From an uncultured Nitrososphaerales archaeon (GTDB taxonomy: Archaea; Thermoproteota; Nitrososphaeria; Nitrososphaerales; Nitrososphaeraceae), in NCBI GenBank assembly GCA_963713605.1, contig CAVQMO010000001.1, positions 256,001 to 320,000 on the forward strand: a DNA stretch of 64,000 nucleotides, in the 5' to 3' direction. The translations under genes were made by a program, and so were the position numbers. Below the pieces are notes generated by a model. The model had not been told where the DNA came from, searched no databases, and saw nothing but the letters and a program-made list of their open reading frames with translations. Positions 43,521 through 54,054 of this stretch are shown piece by piece (position 1 is the stretch's first letter; each line of letters begins with the position of its first letter).

Positions 43521-44075
43521 TTGAGCAGCTTTCGCAGAAGTAGAGGATATAGTTACGAGCATTCCTTGGTACAACGTCTCAATATTGGAGACTGGTGTGC
43601 GAGAAGACTCGGAGGATCTAGTGCTGGCCTTCCTGACATAGTCGCAGTTAATAACAAGAAGTCGGTTCTGTTGTCCATAGAAGCCAAGTCAGGCACAGGT
43701 GATGCTCTCTATATACCTCAAGATCAGATTCGAAGGTGCATCTTAATTCAGAACATGTTTGGCTATTACAAGCGTAGATATACGATATTTGCATTCAAGT
43801 TTATGAAGAAAAAGCGTTACGTTAGGAAGGGACAAACTGTATATGAGCCTCGGAAACTTGTGGAATATTACAAATCAATTGAAAAAGTAGGAAATATCGA
43901 AGACATCTCCACGATCAAGTGCACCTACGATGGAAAAACTTACGAGTTTAGAAATGAAAAATTCATTGAATCAAATCTTCCTGAATTCCATATGCCCTTC
44001 CTTGGTGTTCCCCGTAGTCAAAGTCGGTCTTCAATCACAGTACCAATTATGAAAAGGACTTCAATGGGTGCTTGA
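43521..44075 (+). CDS. Holliday junction resolvase-like (Hjc family) nuclease
   Basis: RGYSYE..RRLGGSSAGLPDIVAV..IEAKS..YIPQDQI. Confidence 0.85.
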   Translation: MSSFRRSRGYSYEHSLVQRLNIGDWCARRLGGSSAGLPDIVAVNNKKSVLLSIEAKSGTGDALYIPQDQIRRCILIQNMFGYYKRRYTIFAFKFMKKKRYVRKGQTVYEPRKLVEYYKSIEKVGNIEDISTIKCTYDGKTYEFRNEKFIESNLPEFHMPFLGVPRSQSRSSITVPIMKRTSMGA

Positions 44076-44238
44076 TTTTTGGAGGAGGTTTGTCCAATTT
44101 GCTTCAGGTTCCTCGCAACCATCTATGACAAAAAAAGAATCAAAAAGGTTAGGGAGTTTTCGCCCGAGGTAACCGACAGAATTTGTAATTCAATCTACCA
44201 CAAGAAGCTTACAGACGGGTTTAGCTCGAAGTAAACAT

Positions 44239-44466
44239 TCAGTGTGATGTGCAAAGTCTACAATTAATGTATATCTCACCGTCGAGATGATTGAAGTGAG
44301 TTCCACAAGCTAGACAAGTGTGATGGATATCATCGTAGCCATCAGAAGCTCTAAAAGTAAAACTCATCAATTTTGTTTCTTTGCATTTAATACATCTACA
44401 TCCGCATATGATGCTATCCAATTCCATATCACCTATGTTACTGTTCAGTATTTGTGCTTCAATCAA
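44239..44466 (-). CDS. small Cys-rich zinc-binding protein
   Basis: CGCRCIKC, HHTCLACGTHF, CRLC. Confidence 0.75.
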   Translation of the reverse strand: MIEAQILNSNIGDMELDSIICGCRCIKCKETKLMSFTFRASDGYDDIHHTCLACGTHFNHLDGEIYINCRLCTSH

Positions 44467-44509
44467 GTAACTCTTCGATGCCGTTGCAGGTTCTTGAATA
44501 CTGCTGTAA

Positions 44510-45031
44510 TCACCGGCCCTTATCTTTGCCTTTTTTAAACAAAAAGAATAGGATCACAAGTATTATAGCTATTATGATATAGTTAACTGGCGGGCTTATC
44601 GCTTTGGTTACTAAGCCTAGTTTTGGAATGTCTATAACTACCTTCCCAACGTAATTTGATTCATAAATGGGGAAGTCTATACCGGGGATAGACCCCGAGT
44701 TAGCGTCGCCTTTCGTAACGACTACGAGGTTCTCTTCCGGATCAGTCAAGATCTCGTTAACTCGATGCACGATAGCATCCGCTTCTTCACCATCAGGTAC
44801 TGGTTCTTTAAAGACTATGATGTCACCTTTATTCAATTCGTCAAAAGGGATGTTGTGGCTCACGACCACAAAGTCTCCCACATTCAGTCTCGGTACCATG
44901 CTTTCGCTAGCTACAACATAAAAAGGGTTTATCACGCCAAAGGATAGTCTGATTGCTACCCAAACAAGAGCCACTATAACCACTGCAATTATAATATACT
45001 TTAATTCCTTAGGAAAATTTAGCTTCCCCAT
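44510..45031 (-). CDS. signal peptidase I (Sec11 type)
   Basis: VVASESMVP..GD, IVHRV, TKGDAN. Confidence 0.93.
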   Translation of the reverse strand: MGKLNFPKELKYIIIAVVIVALVWVAIRLSFGVINPFYVVASESMVPRLNVGDFVVVSHNIPFDELNKGDIIVFKEPVPDGEEADAIVHRVNEILTDPEENLVVVTKGDANSGSIPGIDFPIYESNYVGKVVIDIPKLGLVTKAISPPVNYIIIAIILVILFFLFKKGKDKGR

Positions 45032-45283
45032 AACCTCTTCATCATATCAGATTATGCTTGAAATATAAGTGTAAGAGTCTTTAATTGAAATGTTAGTAGG
45101 TTTTTTAGCGTAGGCTAGACTTGCACAAGAATCATATAAGCGAGATTTTAGGGCAAGTCTTCAAGTCCAGGGATTGTATGCATGCTAACTAAAGGTCGAT
45201 TCTTGCCGCCGAACAGCCAGTTCATTCCATTCTCATTTCCCTTCCACAAACAATATATGGTTTTTGCGTGGAAGTAAGATAAA

Positions 45284-47123
45284 TTGAAAACGAGAAAAGA
45301 TGCTAGTCATTCTCATCAAAAACATATACCTAAACCCCGGCCCAATCCTCGCTGGGGGAAGGAGGAGGAAACTAATATTTTTGCTGAGAAAGTAAAGTTA
45401 TTCAGGACTGGCAAACTGTCAGAGGATGAATTCCGCAGATTTCGATTACAACACGGCGCCTATGGCTCACGTCTCCAAATGGATTACAGTATGGTAAGGA
45501 TTAAGGTTCCTGGCGGTGAGATACTTCCAATACAACTAGAAAAACTAGCGTCTCTGTCAGAATCATTTTCGATCGGATCAGCACATGTATCTACCAGGCA
45601 AAATATTCAGCTACATTGGGTTCAGCTTGAAGATGTTAGCGAGGTGATGAGAGGATTGGTTGAAGTTGGCCTCACGACTCGAGAGGCTTGTGGTAACACA
45701 GTTAGGAATGTGATGTGTAGCCACCTTGCGGGAGTCTGTCCAGATGAGGAATTTGATTCTACGCCTTATTCGAAGGCAATAGCGCGCTTCTTCCTACGTA
45801 ATCCAATGTGCCAAAACCTACCTAGGAAGTTTAAAATCAACTTCGCGTGCTGTGAGACGCATGGACTAGTTAGAATTGCAGATATCGGTCTTGTTCCGAT
45901 GACAAAAGATGGCTCACGAGGCTTTAGGATCTATCTCGGAGGAGGTTTAGGTGCTGCTTCCTTTATAGGTCATTTGCTAGAAGAGTTCACGTCGGAGGAA
46001 AAGCTCTTGGCCACGTGTATGGCAGTCATTAGACTCTTTGACAGGAATGGGAACAGAGAAAATATGGCTAGGAATAGAATGCGGTATCTGGTAAATGAAA
46101 TGGGATGGGATAAATTCCAAAAGATGGTGCTCAAAGAAAGGTCTATAGTCATGATGACAACTGCTCACAGCACGGAAATTATGTTCAATTTGACCGCCGA
46201 AGAAGACGATCAATATTTGCCCAAGGAAAATCGTAGCGGGACTAAACTGCGAATGTATATTGAACGAGATTCGTCTAGCACTAGTGCATATGAGAGATGG
46301 GTTCACTCCAATGTGATCGCTCAGAAACAGACTGGATATTACACGGTATTTGTCACACTCGGTGCTGGTGACGTAACCGCTAACCAGTTGCGAGTATTGG
46401 CTGGGACTATCCGCGAACTATCGATGGAAGGTGCAGCTAGAAATACTCCACAACAGAATTTCGCTATCAGATACGTGAATGGCAATGATTTACCTGAATT
46501 CTACAACCGATTGGCATCAGTGGGATTGTCAAATCCGGGAGCTTTGACTATTACGTCTGCAGTCGGCTGTTCTGGGACTACATCTTGTAATTTAGCCATA
46601 ACGAACTCGCATCGTTTGGCCAAAGAGATCCAGTACAAGTTCTTGGAATTAGGTCTAGATACTGATGATATGCTCCTTGATAGCACGATCAAAATTAGTG
46701 GATGTCCAAACTCATGTGGACAACATGAGATAGCGACTATCGGTTTCTTTGGTGGTGCTTCTAGGATAGGCAGTGTAATGGCACCGACTTACACTATGAT
46801 GTTTGGAGGCTCGGCAGGAGAAAGAGGAGAATTAGGGCGCGTCATAATGCGTGTTCCTGCAAAGCGAGTAATTGATACAGTTCTCAAAATAATAGAAATC
46901 TACAGGAGCGAGCACGGTGAAGGTGAAACACTTCGCTACTGGCTAGACAAAGTATTGAAAGGTGAAGCAATCGGCTCTATCCATGACATCGAAGACATCA
47001 AGAGAGCATTAGCTGGCTGTTGTGCAGCTTCCACCAGCAGATCAGCAACCTGAAGCGTACCAGGATTACGGGAGTGATGCAAGATTTACAGCAAGAACGG
47101 CTAGAGGTGAATGTGCCGCTTAG
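45284..47123 (+). CDS. sir: ferredoxin-dependent nitrite/sulfite reductase; apparent frameshift near 47014
   Basis: STRQNIQLH, ACGNTVRN, LPRKFK, CSGTTSCNLA, SGCPNSCGQH siroheme/[4Fe-4S] motifs; shifted tail ends ARGECAA*. Confidence 0.88.
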
Positions 47124-47153
47124 TTTGGTATCAGTTTGGTATTAGTTTGGTAT
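47121..47153. repeat. 3 x 11-bp tandem repeat YAGTTTGGTAT
   Basis: tagtttggtat cagtttggtat tagtttggtat. Confidence 0.9.
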
Positions 47154-48027
47154 GACGTCGAAAAAGGCTTTGTCCATGGATAGTCAAAAACAGGACAATA
47201 CACTCCCAGGCAGAGGTAGTGGTCTAAAATCTGAGTATTATTCAATTCCCGACACTGTCTGTGATGTTGACACCCTTTCCACATTGATGAGAAAAAAGAA
47301 CGTAAGAGTTGTAGATGTACGGAAGGATGAGGAATATGCTAGGGAACACATACCAGGGGCAGTTTCGTTGCCGTTAGCTAAAATCTTGGAGAAAGAAAGC
47401 CCAGCACGGTGCATTGAACTGTTGCAAGACATCGGAGTGAACGAGGGCCTCCCCGTGGTTACGTATGACGATACGTTCGGCGCGTTGGCTGCACGAGTCG
47501 CATGGACATTTCAATATGTAGGTCATCAACATTCATCAATTTTGGAAATCACGTTCTCTCAGTGGAAAAGTATGGGATTTCGCACTGAGAAAAAGTTAAA
47601 CAGTTACAAATGGCAATTTCATCCCCTAAGAATAAATGAATCGATATATGCTGACCTCGCCTACGTTGAAAAAGTAGCCTCAAATAAGGTGCTAATTGAT
47701 TCGAGAGAGCGACTTAACTTTCTTACTGAACATATTCCTGAAGCAGTGAATGTTCCGTACACTATGCTTAGAGCTGACGGGAAAGTTTTGAGCAAAGGTG
47801 ATGATATTAGACGTTTGTTGCAAAATAGAGGCATACATGAAGATTCAGAACTTGTAACTTACTGCGGCAGCGTTGGCACATTGTCGGGTTTAGTATATTA
47901 TGGACTTAAACTTGCTGGCCTGAAAAATGTAAGATTGTATGCAAGGTCATTTAAGGAATGGAAAGCGTTAGGCAAGCCAAAGGCAGAATTCAAAGACGCC
48001 AACTATTGGGATCTATCCGCAGAGTAA
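47152..48027 (+). CDS. two-domain rhodanese/sulfurtransferase
   Basis: VDVR..EHIPGA, LIDSR..HIPEA, TYCGS active-site loop, YARSFKEW. Confidence 0.92.
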   Translation: MTSKKALSMDSQKQDNTLPGRGSGLKSEYYSIPDTVCDVDTLSTLMRKKNVRVVDVRKDEEYAREHIPGAVSLPLAKILEKESPARCIELLQDIGVNEGLPVVTYDDTFGALAARVAWTFQYVGHQHSSILEITFSQWKSMGFRTEKKLNSYKWQFHPLRINESIYADLAYVEKVASNKVLIDSRERLNFLTEHIPEAVNVPYTMLRADGKVLSKGDDIRRLLQNRGIHEDSELVTYCGSVGTLSGLVYYGLKLAGLKNVRLYARSFKEWKALGKPKAEFKDANYWDLSAE

Positions 48028-48131
48028 TGCCGTCTCAATAGGATTCTCGCCTGAGTGGGCCGACATTAGTGCAAATCCTGCTGCATCGCTTTCACCCAAT
48101 CATTGCCCATCTGACTCCGATATTTTTCATG

Positions 48132-48555
48132 TCAATCCGCAGGTGATGTGTAAGTCAACCAGTCAATCACTTGTTGTATTGGTTGGCATTGAACCTGTAT
48201 TCTAAGCCCACCCAGAGGTGACTCGCTCTCTCTGTCTATCAAGGCCACCACTCCTGCGGCCGCAGCTTGCTTATTCAAAAGAAATGAGGTAGTGTTTCCA
48301 TCTAGGTTGTTGATCAGCATTCTTCTTAGTACCCGAGAAAGATCTCCGTGACTTAACTTGCTCGTATACGATCGAAAGAGATTCAACTTGATTGGACGTT
48401 CCCACCAAAATACCTTGCCTCTCTATATTTGTTGTAGATAGCCGAACTATGTTTTTAAGTGCCGCTTCCAGCCTATCTGCAGATTCAGTCCGATGAATAT
48501 GTGCTTGTACAGTTAGGCGAAAAGAAGAACATTGTGGAGGTTTTTTCAATCTCAC
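48132..48555 (-). CDS. UPF0201/DUF54 RNA-binding domain protein; apparent frameshift
   Basis: IHRTESADRLEAALKNI in one frame, LNKQAAAAG..ESPLG..IDWL in the next. Confidence 0.85.
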
Positions 48556-48721
48556 AATTTAGATGATTTCGGAGAATATATTTGAACTTCTATACTCAGA
48601 GTCAACAGAATATATGATCCAGGGAATCGTCGCAGTCGTTTTGATTTTCTTTCTCTAATTTTTCAACACTCGCTTCATATATTATATATGTGAGCCAATA
48701 CTTTCAGATCCGGTATATTCT

Positions 48722-49796
48722 ATGTCGAGAAAAGTCCGTGTTGCTATTGCTGGGATCGGGAATTGTGCTTCCGCCCTTATTCAAGGAATTCACTACTATG
48801 CTGCGAATTGGTCTGACACTATTGGCCTAACCGCATATTCACTTGGTGGAATTGATCCTGGTGATATCGAATTTGTTGCAGCATTTGACGTCACAGAGGG
48901 TAAGGTGGGCAAGGATCTTTCGGAGGCGATATATGCAGAACCCAATAATACGCCGAATATAATTGATGGGCTAGACAAGCTAGATGTTAGAGTTGAGAAA
49001 GGTTCTGTCCTTGACGGCCTTGGTAAGCATTACCTAGAAAAAATAAAGGTCTCAGATGCCCCAGATACTGATGTAGCAGGCATTCTAAAAGACAGCGGAG
49101 CTGAAATACTCTTGAACTACCTTCCAGTTGGAAGCAGGCTCGCTACTCAATTCTATGCTGAGCAGTGTCTAGAGACTCGAAAAGTGTCGTTCATAAATGC
49201 TATCCCCGTTTTTATCGCCTCGGCTGCTAAATGGCAGCAGTCATTTGAGGGCGAGCGGGCTGGTTTGCGCAGGGGATGATGTTATGAGTCAACTTGGTGC
49301 AACTGTGGTACACAAAAGCCTAGTAAAGTTGTTCGTCGATAGAGGAGTCAAAATTGATGACACTTATCAGCTAAATGTAGGCGGAGACATGGACTTCTAT
49401 AATATGCTTGATGAAGATAGGTTAGAAGATAAGAGAATTAGCAAGACTTCTGCAGTTCAGGCAATGTCGCCGTATCCTATTCCAACACGCATCGGTCCTT
49501 CCGATTATGTTGGATTTCTCAACAATGACAAGATTTGTTATTTATCAATTAGAGGCAAATACTTTGGCAAAATCCCAGTTGAACTCGATTTGAAGCTAAA
49601 AGTTGTGGATGCGTATAACAGTGCAGGGGTAATGGTAGACGCGATTAGAGGTGTAAAGCTAGCAATGGATAGGAATATTAGCGGTCCGTTAGAGAGTGTG
49701 TCTGCATATTGTTTTAAACATCCGCCGGTTCAAATGCATTACCTAGATGCTAAAGAGAAGTTTTTAGAATTCGTCGAAGGGAAAAGAGATCGATAG
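48722..49796 (+). CDS. ino1: myo-inositol-1-phosphate synthase; apparent frameshift near 49249
   Basis: GIGNCASALIQG, NYLPVGS, GDDVMSQLGAT, YQLNVGG, NSAGV. Confidence 0.93.
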
Positions 49797-49868
49797 TAGA
49801 ACACGTCTAGCTTGGAATTGATTTATTTTCCATTCATATAATAGTATGAAATTTGACTATTTCTCATT

Positions 49869-50582
49869 TCATTGAGTACTATTTTCGGTTTCTTGTTTTT
49901 TTATTCTCTCCATCTCTTTGTCGACGGCTTCTCCCATCACATCTAATTCGTTAATTCCATCTATTCTGTGATATGTCAACTTTTCTAGAACGCGGATTAT
50001 ACTCTTAGCCGATCTATATTGAGGAATTTGGGGTTCTTGGATCTCTGCATAAAGCCCAATTGCTTTGATCCCATTTACTTTCGAAAATCCAAGAATTGAT
50101 CCATTAAACCCTGTGATATATGACGGCCTTTCCGTCTTAGAGATTCCCAGACGCGTAATCTGCTCCGTTAGGGCTTGTGAGTTTGTAGTCGCATAGGTCC
50201 TTGGACTCTTTCCAAAATTCGACTCAGAATGAAAGGCCCCACACGTATAGATTATCTGAGCAGAATATTTCTTGGCAACATTGACCACATCATTGCACAG
50301 ATAAGTCAATTCTTCGTTACTCTGAGGTTGTCCGTATCCGCCGCCAAAGAGGATCATATTCTCTCCATAGCAGTAATCCCATCTTTCTGGGTTAAATTCA
50401 ATGTAGCCTCCTCTATCCATGACATAGTTCGGATAATTTGAACATACGGAGCGAAATGGGACCGCTTTAAGACTCTTCTTTAAGAAATCTATCGCGATGC
50501 TTCCTACGTTTCCCATATCCTGCATCGCTGCTATCATGATGGGTCTGTTCACCTCAGGTTCTCTGAAATTGTTTATTTCCAT
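49869..50582 (-). CDS. PAC2 family proteasome assembly chaperone
   Basis: DMGNVGSIA, QPQS, ITGFNG..LG, LYAE. Confidence 0.88.
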   Translation of the reverse strand: MEINNFREPEVNRPIMIAAMQDMGNVGSIAIDFLKKSLKAVPFRSVCSNYPNYVMDRGGYIEFNPERWDYCYGENMILFGGGYGQPQSNEELTYLCNDVVNVAKKYSAQIIYTCGAFHSESNFGKSPRTYATTNSQALTEQITRLGISKTERPSYITGFNGSILGFSKVNGIKAIGLYAEIQEPQIPQYRSAKSIIRVLEKLTYHRIDGINELDVMGEAVDKEMERIKKQETENSTQ

Positions 50583-51072
50583 TGGTCGTTATGTTCATGT
50601 AGTCTCCTTAAGATTATAAAACGTTCTATTCTAGACTAGTGCCTCACGATTGTTAATTGGGATTGGTCACATCAATCCATTTGGGTTCAAAATATTATTC
50701 AGTACGTTTCAATTAAAAAATTTCATGCGCTTGGTACTTTGTGTATAAGCTTTAGTATGGGTTCCATTATATTCAATCGGTTTATCAGACTGGTCTACTG
50801 AGTTGAGAAGGCGCCGTATAACGTTTTCATTCACAAAAAAGGAGATGATTCTTTCGAACTCCCTATCAGTCATATTTCCGCTACGAGACCACCGCTAATG
50901 CTTATATTGGTTATTTCTATCTGATTGACTGATTTCTTATGGCAAATTCTAGTATTGGATTCTATCGAGGTTTGTTTTATCCTACGTTATTTATATATCC
51001 GTTCATCTTATTAGTTGCACCCATTTCCCAATGAGGGTTTTTTGGAAAGTCCTCAAGGGATAGAAACAAAAT

Positions 51073-51513
51073 ATGGTAATAATCATGGATTCTAGTAGAT
51101 CAAATGATGTAGATAACGAAGCAAGATCAGATATGAAAGACGCAGTTTCGTATCTTTTAAGAGGTGGATCTTTGTTGAGCGCACCTTGTGCGAAATGTAG
51201 CGGTGTTCAAATCCAGTACAAGGGTGAGATAATCTGCATAAATTGCGGAAAACAAGAGCCTGTTGACGGAATCATTGTAAAGCCTGCGTCCGAGCACCAA
51301 GTCAGCAATGCGGGAGACCAATCCCACGATGACCCGTCATTTTCGTCTCATCCTTTTGAAGAGAAGATCGGAGAAAGGATAGCTGAACAATTCAAGATCC
51401 TGAAGAGTGAACCCAACGATCTAAATAGTGAGAAACAACGAATCGAACTGATTGGAATGTATCTTGATCTGTTAGATAGACTTAGGAACTATCCAAGGAA
51501 AATTCAAAAATAA
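51073..51513 (+). CDS. UPF0148/autoantigen p27 zinc-ribbon protein
   Basis: LLRGGSLLSAPCAKC..GEIICINCG. Confidence 0.85.
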   Translation: MVIIMDSSRSNDVDNEARSDMKDAVSYLLRGGSLLSAPCAKCSGVQIQYKGEIICINCGKQEPVDGIIVKPASEHQVSNAGDQSHDDPSFSSHPFEEKIGERIAEQFKILKSEPNDLNSEKQRIELIGMYLDLLDRLRNYPRKIQK

Positions 51514-51637
51514 TGTTACTAGTAGTAAGACTGGGCAAATCAAAGTCCGCTTAGGACAACCGAATATTAGAAAATTCTAATTTCACGCCAAAGCATTTTA
51601 TGAAATTCGTATACTGTCTCAATGATGCAGTTTTGCC

Positions 51638-51922
51638 TTAAACGGCACTGTTATTTTCCCCGTTCACACCACGTAGGGAAGGAGGAGTCTGTAGAATTTC
51701 GGGATCCGTAATAACTTCTTGAGGTGGAAGGTTATAATGCTCTCTCAAATCAGTTTGTTGTCGCATAAGAACATCTTCTGAAAATGAAGGTCCCAGGTAT
51801 CCGAACCAAATATACAGCACAATCACAATTACCAATGATATACCCATTACCAAAATGGACCATGCTACTGGGGTGAGATTCCCATACCCTGCCGATGATT
51901 TCTCATCCGGGTGATTTGACAT
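51638..51922 (-). CDS. single-TM hypothetical protein
   Basis: one hydrophobic helix followed by a polar tail. Confidence 0.7.
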   Translation of the reverse strand: MSNHPDEKSSAGYGNLTPVAWSILVMGISLVIVIVLYIWFGYLGPSFSEDVLMRQQTDLREHYNLPPQEVITDPEILQTPPSLRGVNGENNSAV

Positions 51923-52071
51923 GATAAAGTGAGTAGTATCCCTGTGGTTTTAAAAGCATTTGCCCTCGTTGGCTCAAGACGATGATGACTGTCTTTTTAT
52001 TCGAGCTTGCAATCGGTTCATCTCCCAATAAACAATAAGTAAAGGAGTCTCCAGCAAACAAATAGGTAAGG

Positions 52072-52697
52072 ATGGATCCAACAGGACGCTCAGTACATAG
52101 AGATGACGCACCGATCTCACTTAAGCATCTGTGCACATTGTTGATAAAGGAAATTAACACCGATTCGTTACAAAATCTCCCTGTAAATATCTATCATGAG
52201 GTTACTTCACGCATCGAAACGCTAAGAGGGACTTCAAAGGAATTTCGGCAGAAGAACAAATCGCAAAGGCGCAGACAGAACTACTATTTAGTGCAATAAG
52301 GTTGCTCTTTGAAGCCAGATATGCCAAAATCGTAGCAAGCCAAAAGGCAGACTTTCGTGACAGGCAAAAAAATGAGTTAGAAATAATAGATTATTCCAAT
52401 ATGACCAGGGAAGAGAAATTTGTGCTGGATGGGAGCTTGGAAACAGAGAAAAGAATCGAGATGATCTTCTCGGCCATTCTAACAGGAAGACCGGTAGTTT
52501 TGGACAAAATTTCTAATATGCTAAGCCATAAGTGCGTTCCGGTCAGGTTTATCAAGCCGATTGACCGTTTCATGGGGATAGATATGGTGGCATACGGGCC
52601 ATACGTCGAAGAAGACATTGCACTACTCCCGTCAGAGAATGCTAGAGCTCTAACACAGAATGGTTTTGTAGAGGAAATCCAAATGCTGGCTCCGTAA
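52072..52697 (+). CDS. GINS complex subunit (Gins51-type, C-terminal B domain); apparent frameshift(s)
   Basis: LQNLPVNIY A-domain start, MTREEK, VRF..FMGIDM..YGPY..DIALLP.ENA.AL B domain. Confidence 0.82.
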
Positions 52698-52772
52698 TTA
52701 CGATTGCTCGCCAAACAGCTGGGCTTGAGTAACGCAAATATTCTTCATGGACCCTAAATAAGGCAATCGAGA

Positions 52773-53060
52773 ATGACGCACAATGGGGTTGACATCGATC
52801 AATTCTTACTTCTTGCGATTTACCCGACTGTGGCTTTCTTCGTGGTGGGCTACCTGGGAAAGAAGTTTGCTTTATCCGATTTCTTAAAGTACGGTCTTCA
52901 ATCTTTAACTAGCTTTGCATTTTCCATTTCATACTTCATCCTGGTTCCTAACGGAAATGCACAGGGTGTTGCAGTAGTTCTTCTACTATTTGGCATACTC
53001 CTTCTCGTTATAGCTAGAAAGCACAAACTGGATTCACAGATTTTCAAACCTCAGGTTTAA
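52773..53060 (+). CDS. three-TM membrane protein
   Basis: three hydrophobic segments. Confidence 0.75.
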   Translation: MTHNGVDIDQFLLLAIYPTVAFFVVGYLGKKFALSDFLKYGLQSLTSFAFSISYFILVPNGNAQGVAVVLLLFGILLLVIARKHKLDSQIFKPQV

Positions 53061-53279
53061 AGGTGGCTGAGAATCTCAATTTTGAAGACGTCCATTCGAA
53101 TCGGTACCTGAGAATCAATTTGTTCCATAATGTCTCCGGTGTTGGGCATGTTCGGTTATGGATTCTTTTCTGGAGGTTGTATGTTCATCTCATGCTACCG
53201 AAAGTCATTCGAAAATGATGTGATGTCATAGTTGCGCGACCTAAAAGGATTAATACACCGATTATGCCTTAAATTACTG

Positions 53280-53525
53280 ATGCCAACAGCTTATGTGCTT
53301 ATCAATTGCGACCTCGGTTCAGAGGAGGAAATTCTAAAGGAGCTGAGGAGATTAAATGAGGTTGTTGAATTAAGCGGAGTATACGGCGTTTATGATATTA
53401 TAGTGAAGATAAGGGCCGATTCTATGGATAAACTGAGAGAAACGATAACTTGGCATGTTAGGAGAATCGATAAGGTCAGATCAACTCTTACAATGATAGT
53501 AATTGAAGGGCAAGGAAATAAGTAA
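53280..53525 (+). CDS. stand-alone Lrp/AsnC ligand-binding (RAM) domain protein
   Basis: AYVLINC..GVYGVYDIIVKI..IDKVRSTLT. Confidence 0.92.
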   Translation: MPTAYVLINCDLGSEEEILKELRRLNEVVELSGVYGVYDIIVKIRADSMDKLRETITWHVRRIDKVRSTLTMIVIEGQGNK

Positions 53526-53638
53526 AGTCTCAGCCAGAACTTCTATACAAAGGTCCGAAATGGAGGCTTTTCACGCATTACAGTTCCGACTATCAACTCA
53601 ATACGATAAGCTGACTGGATATTTTGGGCATCATTTCC

Positions 53639-53974
53639 TCAGAGCTTGATATCAATGATCCTAAACCCTATTACCAATGCGATTCCTATTATTATGAATC
53701 CAGCTGCTATTAATGCACCTTGATTCTTAATTGGTGTTTGGGAGATTCCCCCTTTATAGAGTAGGTAAACCCCGCTCGTCCCAAGTAGAAAAATAATGAT
53801 CATGACCGCTGTTTCAGCAACCGTCTGAATAGATCTTGACGGTATTATAAAAGAGCCTGATAGCCTTCCGGATCCTTCAAGAATAGAATTGAACAAGCCC
53901 GATCCTAGCGCAAAGAAAAACACGAGATAAATAAATGACGCAACCAAAATTGCCTTATTTGAACTCATTGGCAT
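53639..53974 (-). CDS. three-TM protein resembling the OST3/OST6/DC2 oligosaccharyltransferase subunit
   Basis: SGLFNSILE..FIIPSRSIQTVAE..GTSG..IKL pattern; TATA-like element at ~54001-54007 supports the ATG at 53974. Confidence 0.6.
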   Translation of the reverse strand: MPMSSNKAILVASFIYLVFFFALGSGLFNSILEGSGRLSGSFIIPSRSIQTVAETAVMIIIFLLGTSGVYLLYKGGISQTPIKNQGALIAAGFIIIGIALVIGFRIIDIKL

Positions 53975-54054
53975 TTTATTGTCAACTAGAGAATGACTAT
54001 TTATAAATGTCTTTTTAGCCAGATTCAACCGATGATCAGCCGTAATTGTGCTGG

